Positions 11,677 through 21,847 of a stretch of DNA of 64,000 nt are shown here, piece by piece; the first letter of the stretch is position 1, and every line of letters starts with the position of its first letter. Under the pieces are notes generated by a model, which was not told the DNA's origin, did not search any database, and saw only the letters and a list, made by a program, of their open reading frames with translations. Position numbers and translations under genes: made by a program. Source of the DNA: Sphingomonadaceae bacterium (GTDB lineage: Bacteria > Pseudomonadota > Alphaproteobacteria > Sphingomonadales > Sphingomonadaceae); NCBI GenBank assembly GCA_002863155.1, contig PKED01000047.1, positions 10,674 to 74,673 of the forward strand, in the 5' to 3' direction.

Positions 11677-12621
11677 TCAATGCGCCGCCGCCGCCTTCCG
11701 CTTCGGCACCAAATGCAGTACACCGACGATCACCGCGCCGACGATGATCCCGACCAGCGCCGATCCGATTGCCCCCATCAGCCATTCGACGACGGCGCCA
11801 CCCACCGGCACCGCATGGCCGACCCGCACGCCGAGATCGTGGATGACGTGCGCGGGCGCGGCGACGCCGAACACCTCGAGCGCGTGGACGACGATCCCGC
11901 CGCCGACCCACAGCATCGCCGCCGTGCCGATCACCGACAGCGCTTCGAGCAGCATCGGCATGGTCTTCACCAGCCCGCGCCCGATCGCGCGGGTCGTGGT
12001 CGCGCGGCGCCGGGCGAGGTTCAGCCCGATATCGTCCATCTTCACGATCACCGCGACGACGCCGTACACTCCCGCCGTAATCGCGACCGCGACCGCGAAC
12101 AGCGCCAGTGCCTGGGTCAGCAGCGGCTTGCCCTCGATCGTGCCGAGCGCGATCGCCATGATCTCGCCCGACAGGATGAAATCGGTCCGGATCGCGCCGC
12201 TGACCTGGCGCTTTTCGAGCTCCTGCGGATCGGTGATCGTATCGGTGCCCGTTTCATGCTCACCGCCGATGAGCGCATGGAGGATCTTCTCGCTTGCCTC
12301 GAAACAAAGATAGGCGCCGCCGACGAGCAGCAGCGGCGTTATCGCCCAGGGCGCGAACGCGCTCAACGCAATCGCGGCGGGGAGCAGGAAGAGCAGCTTG
12401 TTGCGCAGCGATCCGATCGCGATCTTGCCGATGATCGGCAATTCACGGTCGGGCGTCAGGCCGATCACGTAATTGGGCGTGACGGCGGTGTCGTCGATCA
12501 CCACGCCCGCCGCCTTGGTCGCCGCCTTAGCCGAAGCACCCGCGACATCGTCGAGCGACGCCGCCGCCATCTTCGCGATCGCAGCGATATCGTCGAGCAG
12601 TGCTACCAGTCCGCCGGGCAT
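11677..12621 (-). CDS. DUF808 (YedI-like) inner-membrane protein
   Basis: MPGGLVALLDDIAAIAK, AAGVVIDDTAVTP, GAIRTDFILSGEIM, VKMDDIGL. Confidence 0.88.
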   Translation of the reverse strand: MPGGLVALLDDIAAIAKMAAASLDDVAGASAKAATKAAGVVIDDTAVTPNYVIGLTPDRELPIIGKIAIGSLRNKLLFLLPAAIALSAFAPWAITPLLLVGGAYLCFEASEKILHALIGGEHETGTDTITDPQELEKRQVSGAIRTDFILSGEIMAIALGTIEGKPLLTQALALFAVAVAITAGVYGVVAVIVKMDDIGLNLARRRATTTRAIGRGLVKTMPMLLEALSVIGTAAMLWVGGGIVVHALEVFGVAAPAHVIHDLGVRVGHAVPVGGAVVEWLMGAIGSALVGIIVGAVIVGVLHLVPKRKAAAAH

Positions 12622-12674
12622 GTCGTTCCCCTGTCCATGTCCGCGATCAGCCTTGTGGCGATCGGCGCGCCGGA

Positions 12675-14537
12675 TCAAGCCGCAATCTGCTCGAGCGCCT
12701 CGCTGGCTTCCAGCCACGCCGCCTCCGCCGCCGCAAGCTGATCGGCGATGTCGGCGCGGCGCTTCATCAGCTCGCTCATCGTCAGTTTCGCAAGCGCCGG
12801 CGCAGCCTTGGCGGGATCGAACATGGCAAGGTCGACCGCGCTCTGTTCCTGGGTCAGCTTCATCACGCGCGCTTCGGCGTCGCTCGCTGCCTTGCGCACG
12901 GCGGCCATCCGGTCGCGTTCCGCGGCAGCGGCTTTCTTGTCCTTTTTCTTGAAGCTCTCGGCGGCGCCCTTGGGCTGGTTCCGGCCCAGGATGAGGTCGG
13001 TATAATCGTCGAGACTGCCGGCGTAGTCCTTGGCCGTCCCGCCATCGACCAGCACCAGCCGGTCGGCGGTCAGCTCGATCATGTGGCGGTCGTGGCTCAC
13101 CACCACCACCGCACCGTTATAGTCGTTCAGTGCCTGCACCAGCGCCTCGCGCGCGTCGACGTCCAAATGGTTGGTCGGCTCGTCGAGGATCAGCATGTGC
13201 GGCGCGTCGCGGGTGATGAGCGCGAGCGCAAGCCGCGCCTTCTCGCCGCCAGAAAGCGAGCCGACCTTGGTGGTCGCCTTCATCCCCGAGAAACCGAACC
13301 TGCCGAGCTGGGCACGCACCGCCGCGGGCGATTTTCCCTCCATCGCCCGGGTCATGTGTTCGAGCGGGGTATCGGCGCCGTCGAGCTCCTCGACCTGGTA
13401 CTGGGTGAAATAGCCGACGCGCATCTTGCCCGATTTCGACACGTCGCCGTCCATCGCCGGCAGCTGCGCGGCGAGCAGGCGGGCAAGCGTGGTCTTGCCA
13501 TTGCCGTTGCGGCCCAGGAGCGCGAGCCGGTCATCGGGGTCGAGCCGCAGGTTCAGCCGCTGGAGCACCGGCTTCTCGGCATAGCCGACCGCCGCCATGT
13601 CGAGCGTGACTAGCGGCGGGCGCAGCGGATCGGGCGACGGGAAGTCGAAGCTGAGCGTCGGATCCTCGGCCATCGCCGCGATCGGCTGCATCTTCGCGAG
13701 CATCTTCAGCCGCGACTGCGCTTGCTTCGCGGTCGAAGCGCGGGCCGAATTGCGCGCGACATAATCCTGCAGCTTCGCGCGCTGCGCTTCCTGGTTGGCG
13801 CGCGCGGCGGCGAGTTGGGCGATGCGTTCGGCGCGCTGGCGCTCGAAATCGTCATAGCCGCCGGGATAGAGAAAAATCTTGCCGCCTTCGAGGTGGAGGA
13901 TGTTGTCGACGACATTGTTGAGCAGGTCGCGTTCATGGCTGATCACGACCATCATCGCCGGATAGCTTTTGAGGAAATTTTCGAGCCACAGCGACGCTTC
14001 GAGATCGAGGTGGTTCGACGGTTCGTCGAGCAGCAGCAGATCGGGTTCGGAGAACAGCAGTGCGGCGAGTGCCACGCGCATCTTCCACCCGCCCGAATAG
14101 CTGTCGAGCGGGCGTGCCTGCATCTCGTCGTCGAAGCCGAGACCCACGAGGATTTTCGCCGCGCGCGCCTCGGCGGTATAGGCGTCGATCGCCTCAAGCC
14201 GTTCGTAGAGTTCGGCGATGCGGTCGGGATCGTGGCAATGCTCCGCCTCCGCCAGCAGCGCGGCGCGCTCGGTATCGGCGGCGAGCACGGTCTCGAGCGG
14301 GCTCGCGGTGCCGTGGGGCGCTTCCTGTTGCAGATAGCCGATACGTGTCTTGCGCGGCATTTCGATCTCGCCCTCGTCGGGGTCGATTGCGCCGATCATG
14401 ACCTTCATCAGCGTCGACTTGCCCGCGCCGTTGCGCCCGATCAGCCCGACGCGGCTGCGCGCAGGCAGCGCCGCCGTCGCGCGGTCAAGGATCGTCCGCC
14501 CGCCAAGGCGCACCGTGATGCCGTTCAGATTGAGCAT
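12675..14537 (-). CDS. ABC-F family ATP-binding protein (YheS/Uup-like)
   Basis: Two ATPase cassettes (GRNGAGKST...SGGW...LDEPSNHLD; GRNGNGKTT...LSGGE...LDEPTNHLD), no TM segments; start MLNLNGITVRLGG. Confidence 0.93.
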   Translation of the reverse strand: MLNLNGITVRLGGRTILDRATAALPARSRVGLIGRNGAGKSTLMKVMIGAIDPDEGEIEMPRKTRIGYLQQEAPHGTASPLETVLAADTERAALLAEAEHCHDPDRIAELYERLEAIDAYTAEARAAKILVGLGFDDEMQARPLDSYSGGWKMRVALAALLFSEPDLLLLDEPSNHLDLEASLWLENFLKSYPAMMVVISHERDLLNNVVDNILHLEGGKIFLYPGGYDDFERQRAERIAQLAAARANQEAQRAKLQDYVARNSARASTAKQAQSRLKMLAKMQPIAAMAEDPTLSFDFPSPDPLRPPLVTLDMAAVGYAEKPVLQRLNLRLDPDDRLALLGRNGNGKTTLARLLAAQLPAMDGDVSKSGKMRVGYFTQYQVEELDGADTPLEHMTRAMEGKSPAAVRAQLGRFGFSGMKATTKVGSLSGGEKARLALALITRDAPHMLILDEPTNHLDVDAREALVQALNDYNGAVVVVSHDRHMIELTADRLVLVDGGTAKDYAGSLDDYTDLILGRNQPKGAAESFKKKDKKAAAAERDRMAAVRKAASDAEARVMKLTQEQSAVDLAMFDPAKAAPALAKLTMSELMKRRADIADQLAAAEAAWLEASEALEQIAA

Positions 14538-14587
14538 GCGGGGGCCGCTACCACGGGTTGGCGGCGGGCGGTAGGGGGCCTTGACCG

Positions 14588-15304
14588 CTATTCGCGCAGC
14601 GCGGCGATCAGCCTTTCTTCGAACCCGCGAATGTCGCCTTGTCCTTCGCGCAGGGCGGCGTTCGTCAGCTTCAGCCCGATCTCGCCGCCACGCAGCACGA
14701 TCGCTTCGTCGCAATAGCCGCAGACCGTGGTCAGTTCGTGAAGCGCGGTGACCAGCGTCGTGCCCGACCGGACGATGTCGGCAAGCGCGGCGCGCGTGTC
14801 GAAGGCGGCAACAGGGTCGAGCCAGTTGAACGGCTCGTCGAGGATGACGATCGGCGTCGCGCGCGCAAACGCCAGCGCGACTGCGGCGCGCTGGCGCATG
14901 CCCGACGAACAGGTACCGACTTTGCGATCGAGCAACGCGGGCAGACCAAGTGCTGCCCAAAGGCGGGGATTGCGGCGCTGCTGGGCGGCGCAGTCATCGC
15001 CTGCAAGCGCGAGCAGTTGACCGATGCGCAGGCTCGCGGGCAGTCGCTCGATGGGCGGAGCGAAGCCGATGCGGGCGGCTCGCCCGGCGCGGTCGCTTGC
15101 CAGCGCGACGCCGTCGATCGTGCAGTGCCCGGCCGCGATCGGCAGGCGGCCGGCCAGCGCGCGCAGCAGCGTCGTCTTGCCCGATCCGTTGGCGCCGATC
15201 ACGCCGAACCAGGCGCCGGCGGTGATCGAGATCGCCAGCTCGCGGATGACGGGCGCACCGCCGCGATCGACGCGGAGGCGCTGGGTCGCGATGGCGAGGG
15301 TCAT
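14588..15304 (-). CDS. ABC transporter ATP-binding protein
   Basis: Walker A GANGSGKT, signature CSSGMRQR, Walker B ILDEPF, H-loop ALHE. Confidence 0.88.
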   Translation of the reverse strand: MTLAIATQRLRVDRGGAPVIRELAISITAGAWFGVIGANGSGKTTLLRALAGRLPIAAGHCTIDGVALASDRAGRAARIGFAPPIERLPASLRIGQLLALAGDDCAAQQRRNPRLWAALGLPALLDRKVGTCSSGMRQRAAVALAFARATPIVILDEPFNWLDPVAAFDTRAALADIVRSGTTLVTALHELTTVCGYCDEAIVLRGGEIGLKLTNAALREGQGDIRGFEERLIAALRE

Positions 15305-16332
15305 GCGATCAGCCAGCGCTTGGGTGCCGCGCCACGCGCCAGCCGGACCAGCCCGACCAGCAGCACGACCGGCGCGAGCGGCGGGAATAGCGCGAGGGCG
15401 AGCGCTGCCACCGCGAGCAATATGCCGATGAACCAGTCACCCGCGCGCCGCCCGAACAGGCGATAGGCGAGCACCCGCAGCGCAATCAGCAGCGGCACCG
15501 CGCCTGCCGCCAGCATCCCGGCAATGAGCGCGATCCGGTCGGCACCGACTGCCAGCGCGCCTGCCAGCGGACCAAGGAAGGCCAGCGGTCTTGCGATACG
15601 ATCGCCGATGATCGCGCGCGACGTGCGACCGATCATCGTCAGATAGCCGACCAGTTCGGCATCGACCGGCCCAAGCGCCGTGCCTGCCGCGAAGGCGACA
15701 AGCGCCGCCAGCGCGGCGGCGACGGTACCCGTAACCGGCAGCATTGTCAGCGCGACCCCGGTCGCGGCCCCAAGCACGACCGTCAGCCACAAACGGGTGC
15801 GGCTAGACCGGCCAACGTTCGGCAGGATATGGCCACGCATCGCTTGCCGGGGCGCCATCGCCAGACGGAACCGGCCCGCCGCAGCAGCGCTCACGGCGCC
15901 GACGGCAAAGCCGATGAGATACCGGTCGGGCGCAAACACGCCCAGGATCGCCAGTCCCGAAAGGCCGATCGCCAGCGCCGTGCCGAGAATCACGATCGCC
16001 AGCCGCGCCTGGGGGCGCCAGTGCTGCGCGGGCGCGGCCAGAATGCCGTCGGTCGCGTGATAGGCGAGGCGGCCAAGGGCCTGGGTCGCCGCCATGAAAC
16101 CGATCGCGGCGCCGATGCCCGCCGCCAGCCAGCGATGCTGCGCGGGCGACAGAGGCACCGCCCAATCGCGCGTGATCAGCGCAAGCAGCGGGATGCCGAT
16201 CAACAGCGTCACGAAATCGGATCGGTTGCGCCCAAGCGCGCGCAACGCCGCGCGGACGATCGCGGCGTCATGGGTGAGCGGTCCGGCGTGCGATGCCGTA
16301 GTCCTGCCGCCCTGCCTGTCCGTGCGCCCCAT
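15301..16332 (-). CDS. Hypothetical multi-pass membrane protein, probable permease for the adjacent ABC ATPase
   Basis: Many hydrophobic segments; stop overlaps the ATPase start (15301-15304); start codon uncertain. Confidence 0.65.
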   Translation of the reverse strand: MGRTDRQGGRTTASHAGPLTHDAAIVRAALRALGRNRSDFVTLLIGIPLLALITRDWAVPLSPAQHRWLAAGIGAAIGFMAATQALGRLAYHATDGILAAPAQHWRPQARLAIVILGTALAIGLSGLAILGVFAPDRYLIGFAVGAVSAAAAGRFRLAMAPRQAMRGHILPNVGRSSRTRLWLTVVLGAATGVALTMLPVTGTVAAALAALVAFAAGTALGPVDAELVGYLTMIGRTSRAIIGDRIARPLAFLGPLAGALAVGADRIALIAGMLAAGAVPLLIALRVLAYRLFGRRAGDWFIGILLAVAALALALFPPLAPVVLLVGLVRLARGAAPKRWLIA

Positions 16333-16486
16333 GCCGGTGATATTGGCGGGGGGACCGGCTTTTTGCACGGAAAAACCATGGAGCAAGCGACAGGGTGGCG
16401 CCGTGCCCAAGTCCCATCGCCTTGGCCGGCCATTGCATCCCCCGTTGCTCCGGCGCACTTTCGCTCGCAACTAGGGCGAGGCAAGG

Positions 16487-17395
16487 ATGATCCGGGGCAT
16501 CAGCCAGATCGGGGTGCGGGTGCGGCATGCGGGCGAACTCGCTGCGGTTGGGCGCTGGCTGGCGGCGGAGGCCGATGGCGCGGGTTGGCGGGCGGCGAAT
16601 GTGCATCTGGTGGCTAGCGAGGGGGCCGGCGACACCGATGCGGCGCTCAAGCCGCACGAGCAGGGGATCACCCATTTCTGCCTGCAGGCGCGCGATCCCT
16701 GGCCGATGTTCGACGAGCTTGCGGCCGCCGGCATGCGCTTCACGGCGCCGCTGACGACGCTCGGCAACGGCACCCATTATGCCTATGGCGCGCTGCCGTC
16801 CGGCCCGATCATCGAGATCGAGAGCGCGACCTTCGTCCCCGAAGCGATGTCCAATGCCTGGGTCGCGCATGTCGCCTTTGCGACGCCCGATCTGCGGCGG
16901 CTGAGCGCTTTCTACGCCGGGCTGACGGGGCGGGGCTTTACCGGCGGGTTCAGCGTGCCGCCGCGTGCCGAGAACGCGATCATTACTGGCTATGACGATC
17001 CGGCGATGCGGGTCGGGTGGGTGCCGTGCGGCAACATGATGCTCGAATTCTGGCAATATGCCTCGCCGCCGACGCTGCCGCGCGCTGACCCTGCTGCCGA
17101 TGCACCGGGCTATGCCGCGCTGGTGTTCGAAACGACCGGGCTGGGGCAGGGGGCCGAGGCGCTCGCCGCCGCCGGGGTCGCCGATCTGTCGCCGGTGCGG
17201 CGCGAGGACGATGGCGCGCTTTACGTCGAGGGGCGCGATCCCGACGGCAACGCGATCGGCTTTGTGTGCTTCGACGACGTGCCCGGTTCGCCGCGCGCGC
17301 TGGCCGCGCTCGACGATCCGTGGCTGATGCCGCGGCTCGGCGCCCTGCGCGCGACGCTGTCCCCGCCCCATTATCGACCGGAGATGACATGGTGA
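16487..17395 (+). CDS. VOC/glyoxalase superfamily protein with two domains
   Basis: SQIGVRV, GITHFCLQ, IIEIE and AHVAFATPDL, MLEFWQY, YVEGRDPDGNAIGF patterns. Confidence 0.75.
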   Translation: MIRGISQIGVRVRHAGELAAVGRWLAAEADGAGWRAANVHLVASEGAGDTDAALKPHEQGITHFCLQARDPWPMFDELAAAGMRFTAPLTTLGNGTHYAYGALPSGPIIEIESATFVPEAMSNAWVAHVAFATPDLRRLSAFYAGLTGRGFTGGFSVPPRAENAIITGYDDPAMRVGWVPCGNMMLEFWQYASPPTLPRADPAADAPGYAALVFETTGLGQGAEALAAAGVADLSPVRREDDGALYVEGRDPDGNAIGFVCFDDVPGSPRALAALDDPWLMPRLGALRATLSPPHYRPEMTW

Positions 17396-18162
17396 CACCG
17401 CTTCAGGGACAAGTCGCGCTGATCTCCGGCGCGGCGAAGGGGATTGGCCTCGCGACCGCGACCCGGCTCGCGCGCGACGGCGCGGATATCGTCGCGCTCG
17501 ACCTGGCGGGAAGCGACACGACCGCGCTGGCGGCAGCCGTGGCGGACGCCGGACGCGGGCTCGAGGTGGTCGAGGGCGATGTCAGCACGCCCGAAGGCTG
17601 GGCGGCGGCGGTCGAAGCGGCGGTGGCGCGGTTCGGCGGCATCGATATCCTCGTCAACAATGCCGGGATTTCGGGGCCGTTCGCGCCGATCGAACGCTAT
17701 CCGATCGAGGATTTCGACCGGGTGATGGCCGTCAATGCGCGGGGCAGCTGGCTCGGCATCCGCGCGTGCATTCCCGAGCTGCGCAAGCGCAAGGGGCGGG
17801 TGATCAACATCTCGTCGACCGCCGGGCTGGGCGGTCCAGCGGCGATCAGCGGCTATACGATGAGCAAGCACGCGGTGATCGGCCTCACCAAGATGGCGGC
17901 GATGGGGCTCGCCGCCGACGGCATCCGCGTCAATGCGGTGTGCCCGTCGCCGACCGACACCGACATGATGCGCGGCCTTGAGGCGGGTCGCAGCGACGAC
18001 GAGGCCCGGATGATCCGCGCACGGTTCGAGGCTGACTGCCCGCTCGGCCGTTATGCAGAACCCGAAGAGATCGCCGCGTCGATCGCGTTCCTGGCCGGGC
18101 CCGATTCGTCGTTCGTGACGGGCGCGATCCTGTCGGTCGATGGCGGGGTGAAGGCGCGTTAG
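17389..18162 (+). CDS. Classical short-chain dehydrogenase/reductase
   Basis: SGAAKGIG Rossmann motif, NNAG, YTMSK catalytic motif, IRVNAVCP; start overlaps the VOC stop. Confidence 0.93.
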   Translation: MVTPLQGQVALISGAAKGIGLATATRLARDGADIVALDLAGSDTTALAAAVADAGRGLEVVEGDVSTPEGWAAAVEAAVARFGGIDILVNNAGISGPFAPIERYPIEDFDRVMAVNARGSWLGIRACIPELRKRKGRVINISSTAGLGGPAAISGYTMSKHAVIGLTKMAAMGLAADGIRVNAVCPSPTDTDMMRGLEAGRSDDEARMIRARFEADCPLGRYAEPEEIAASIAFLAGPDSSFVTGAILSVDGGVKAR

Positions 18163-18299
18163 AGTCGGATGACTTGTGGTTGAATCAAATCCGCAACCGT
18201 TCGTGTCGAGCGAAGTCGAGACACCCTGCGCAACGCTCGTGGCCTGTTTCTCGACTGCGCTCGAAACGAACGGGTCAAGGTAATGTCATCGGGCCCTAG
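18160..18299 (+). repeat. 140-bp composite intergenic element, copy 2
   Basis: Same termini (TAGAGTCGGATGAC...GTCATCGGGCCCTAG) and nested palindrome; its first TAG is the SDR stop codon. Confidence 0.95.
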
Positions 18300-18332
18300 G
18301 CGCGATGGGCTTTGGATCGAACCACGGTCCAT

Positions 18333-18410
18333 CCGTTAGTTTCGAGCGTAGTCGAGAAACGATTTTCGACCGCCTGTGGCCTGTTTCTCGACTTCGCTCG
18401 AAACGAACGG
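18333..18410. repeat. Stand-alone REP-like palindrome (78 bp)
   Basis: CCGTTAGTTTCGAGCGTAGTCGAGAAAC...GTTTCTCGACTTCGCTCGAAACGAACGG; 28-bp arms. Confidence 0.9.
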
Positions 18411-18431
18411 GTGGGGGGGCGTGAGCGCACT

Positions 18432-21400
18432 CTACGCCGCGAGCAAACTCGTCGCGCCGCCCAGATCGACCGACACGAGCCGGCTGACGCCCTGTTCGAT
18501 CATCGTCACGCCGAACAGGCGGTGCATGCGGCTCATCGTCACTGCGTTGTGGGTGACGATCAGATAGCGGGTCGCGGTCTCGCGGGTCATCGCGTCGAGC
18601 AGGTCGCAGAAGCGCTCGATATTCGCGTCGTCGAGTGGCGCATCGACTTCGTCGAGCACGCAGATCGGCGCGGGGTTGGTGAGGAACAGCCCGAAGATGA
18701 GCGCGACCGCGGTCAGCGCCTGTTCGCCGCCCGACAACAACGTCAGCGATTGCAGCTTCTTGCCCGGCGGCTGGGCCATGATCTCCAGCCCCGCCTCGAG
18801 CGGATCGTCCGAATCGACGAGCGCGAGATGGGCGCTGCCGCCGTTGAACAGCGTCGTGAACAGCCGCCGGAAATGCCCGTCGACCGCCTCGAACGCCGCG
18901 AGCAGGCGCTGGCGGCCTTCGCGGTTGAGCGTGCCGATCGAGCCGCGCAGGCGGTTGACGGCCTGCCCCAGTTCGTCGCGCTCCGCTGCGTTCCGGGTGC
19001 GGGACTGTTCGATCTCGGCGAGTTCGGTGTCGGCGACGAGATTGACCCCGCCCAGCCGCTCGCGTTCCAGCGTGAGCCGTTCGTGGCGGGCGGATTCGTC
19101 GGCGGGCCCGCGCACTTCGTCGGTGCCGAAGCCGACCCGTTCGGGCAGCAGCACCGGCGGGCATTCGAAGCGCTCGCCCGACACGCGGCCCATTTCGATC
19201 CGCCGCGCTTCCTGCGCTTCGGCGCGCGCGGCGGCCCCGGCGCGGTGCTCGCGCGCTTGGGCGAGGCGTTCGGCGGCTTCGGCGGTGGCATGTTCGGCGC
19301 TCCGCAATGCCGCTTCGGCGTCGCGTTCGGCAGTCTGCGCGCGGTCGGCGGCGGCACGCGCGTCGGCATGCTCGGTCGCGATCTCGGCAATGCGGCGGTC
19401 GAGGATCGCGGGGCGCGCGGCCAGCACCGCCGCTTCCTCGGCGAGCGTATCTGCACGTTTCGCCATGTCGGCGATCCGGCGTGCGGCATCGCCCGACCGC
19501 GCGCGCCAGCTTTTGGCTTCGGCCTGGCCCTGCGCCAACCGGTCGCGATCGGCGGCGAGCTCACGGTCCAGCGACGATCGGCGCGCGCGGGCATCGGCGG
19601 TGGCGGCGCGCGCGGCCTCGGCCTCGCGGCTCAGCGTCGCGACGCGGTTGCGGGTGGCGCTGCCGTCCGGGAGCGCGGCGATCGTCGCCTCGGCGCGCGC
19701 GACATCGGCCTGCGCTTCGTCGACTTCGGCTTCGGTGCGGCGCTGGCGCTCACCCAAATCAGCGCGCCGGGCGTCGACGCGTTCGATCGCGGCGGCGGCG
19801 CGATCCTCGATCCGGGCGGCGTCGCGCGCGCGGGCATCGGCGGCATCGAGCAGGCGGCGCGCATCGGCGGCGGCGCGCCGGGCCTCTGCAATCGTGTCGT
19901 CGATCCGCGCGAGTTCAGCGTCGGCGGCCTCGACCGCGCGGACGGCGGGAGCGCGTGCCTTTTCGAGCGCCCGCAGCCGGTTCATCCGTTCGAGCCGCTG
20001 GGCGGCGGCCGCCCCGCCTGATCGCGCGACGAATCCGTCCCAACGGCGTAGCGTACCCGCAGGCGTCACCAGCCGCTGCCCGACCGCAAGCGGCTGGCCG
20101 TCGTCGCTTTCGGCGACGAATATCTGCGCCAGCCGCCGCGCGAGCGCGGGCGGCGCCTTCACATGCGCGGCAAGCGGTGTTGACCCGTAAGGTGCGGCGG
20201 GGTCGCCGGGCAGCGGTTGCGCGCCCGCCCAATGGCGCTCGCCCGCCGGGTCGAGCCCGGCTTCGAGATCGTCGCCAAGTGCTGAGGCAAGCGCGCGTTC
20301 AAACCCAAGATCGGGCTGGAGCGCGTCGAGGATGCGGTCGTTGCCGCTGGTGCGTGTCGCCTTAGCAAGCGCTGAGGCTTCGCTGTCGATCGCGGCCAAG
20401 TCGGCGTGGGCGGCGGCGCGCGCGGACTGTGCGGCGTCGCGTACGTCGCGCGCGGCACTTTCGGTGCCGTCGGCGCGCGCCAGGCTCGCGCGCGCCTGTT
20501 CGGCATGCGTCTGGGCCTGTACGCGGTCGGCGGCGGCCTGGTCTCGCTGAGCGATCAGCGGAGCGGTGTCGCCGAGCGCGCGCGCTTCGGCGGCGATCCG
20601 CGCGGCGTCGCGTTGCGCCCGATCGAGCCTCGCCCGGGCAGCGGCGAGCGCGGCCTGGGCCACGCGCGCGTCGGCGGCTTCGCTCGCCTGTTCGGCCAGT
20701 GCCTGAGCGAGCGCCACCTCGGCGTCGCGCGCGTGCCGTTCGGCTTCGGACACGGCGGCGTCGAGCGCGGGCAGACGGGCGGCCGATTCGGCAAGCCGCG
20801 CCTCGATCGTCTTGGCCTCCTCCGCCAGGCGCGCGATCGCGGCGGCGGCATCCTCGGCCAGCGCCCCCTCGCGTTCGCGATCGGCGACCAGCCGCGCCTG
20901 GGCGTCCGCCAGTTCGGCGATGCGACGCGCGGTCGACTCGCGCTCGGCCTTCAGGCTGGCCAGCTGATGCCCCGCCTCGCTTGCCCGGTCGCGCGCGGCG
21001 AGTGCCGTCGCGCGCACGGTGGCGAGCGCTTCGGTCGCGGCATGGCTGTGCGCGGCGGTGGCGCGCTGCTCCTCGGCAGCTTCGGCAACGCGCGCCTCGG
21101 CGGCCGCTGCCTCGGCCTTGGCGGCATCAGCGGCGGCGGCGGCATCGCGCCAGCGCGCGAAGATCATCCGTGCCTCGGCAGTGCGAATCAGGTCGGAGAG
21201 CGTGCGATAGCGTTCGGCCTGCTTGGCCTGGCGACGCAAGGCGGCGGCGCGCGTGTCCTGGTCGGCAATCACCTCGTCGAGCTTGGCCAGATTGGCTTCG
21301 GTCGCGCGCAGCCGTTGTTCGGCATCCTTGCGGCGGACGTGGAGCCCGGCGATCCCGGCGGCTTCCTCCAGCATCGCGCGGCGCTCGGCAGGCCGTGCGT

Positions 21401-21833
21401 TGATGACCGCGCCGATCCGTCCCTGGCTGACGAGCGCCGGGCTGTGCGCGCCGGTCGCCGCATCGGCGAACAGCAGCGCGACGTCCTTGGCGCGGACGTC
21501 GCGCCCGTTGATGCGATAGGCGGAACCCGCGCCGCGTTCGATCCGGCGGACGACTTCGGTCTCGCCGTCGTCGGTGCCGTCGATCAGCATCGACACCTCG
21601 GCGAAATCGCGCTGCGGCCGTGTCGCGGTGCCGGCGAAGATCACGTCCTCCATGCCAGCACCGCGCAGCGACTTGGCGCTCGCTTCGCCCATCGTCCAGC
21701 GCAGCGCCTCGAGCAGGTTGGACTTGCCGCAACCATTGGGGCCGACGATGCCGGTCAGCCCGGGTTCGATACGCAGATCGGCGGGATCGACGAAGCTCTT
21801 GAACCCGGTCAGCCGCAGCCGCTTGATCTGCAC
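18432..21833 (-). CDS. smc: Chromosome segregation protein SMC
   Basis: GFKSF, GPNGCGKSN, long coiled coils, LSGGEQ signature, LDEVDAPLD; GTG start. Confidence 0.97.
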   Translation of the reverse strand: MQIKRLRLTGFKSFVDPADLRIEPGLTGIVGPNGCGKSNLLEALRWTMGEASAKSLRGAGMEDVIFAGTATRPQRDFAEVSMLIDGTDDGETEVVRRIERGAGSAYRINGRDVRAKDVALLFADAATGAHSPALVSQGRIGAVINARPAERRAMLEEAAGIAGLHVRRKDAEQRLRATEANLAKLDEVIADQDTRAAALRRQAKQAERYRTLSDLIRTAEARMIFARWRDAAAAADAAKAEAAAAEARVAEAAEEQRATAAHSHAATEALATVRATALAARDRASEAGHQLASLKAERESTARRIAELADAQARLVADREREGALAEDAAAAIARLAEEAKTIEARLAESAARLPALDAAVSEAERHARDAEVALAQALAEQASEAADARVAQAALAAARARLDRAQRDAARIAAEARALGDTAPLIAQRDQAAADRVQAQTHAEQARASLARADGTESAARDVRDAAQSARAAAHADLAAIDSEASALAKATRTSGNDRILDALQPDLGFERALASALGDDLEAGLDPAGERHWAGAQPLPGDPAAPYGSTPLAAHVKAPPALARRLAQIFVAESDDGQPLAVGQRLVTPAGTLRRWDGFVARSGGAAAAQRLERMNRLRALEKARAPAVRAVEAADAELARIDDTIAEARRAAADARRLLDAADARARDAARIEDRAAAAIERVDARRADLGERQRRTEAEVDEAQADVARAEATIAALPDGSATRNRVATLSREAEAARAATADARARRSSLDRELAADRDRLAQGQAEAKSWRARSGDAARRIADMAKRADTLAEEAAVLAARPAILDRRIAEIATEHADARAAADRAQTAERDAEAALRSAEHATAEAAERLAQAREHRAGAAARAEAQEARRIEMGRVSGERFECPPVLLPERVGFGTDEVRGPADESARHERLTLERERLGGVNLVADTELAEIEQSRTRNAAERDELGQAVNRLRGSIGTLNREGRQRLLAAFEAVDGHFRRLFTTLFNGGSAHLALVDSDDPLEAGLEIMAQPPGKKLQSLTLLSGGEQALTAVALIFGLFLTNPAPICVLDEVDAPLDDANIERFCDLLDAMTRETATRYLIVTHNAVTMSRMHRLFGVTMIEQGVSRLVSVDLGGATSLLAA

Positions 21834-21847
21834 CCCTTATGCGTCCT

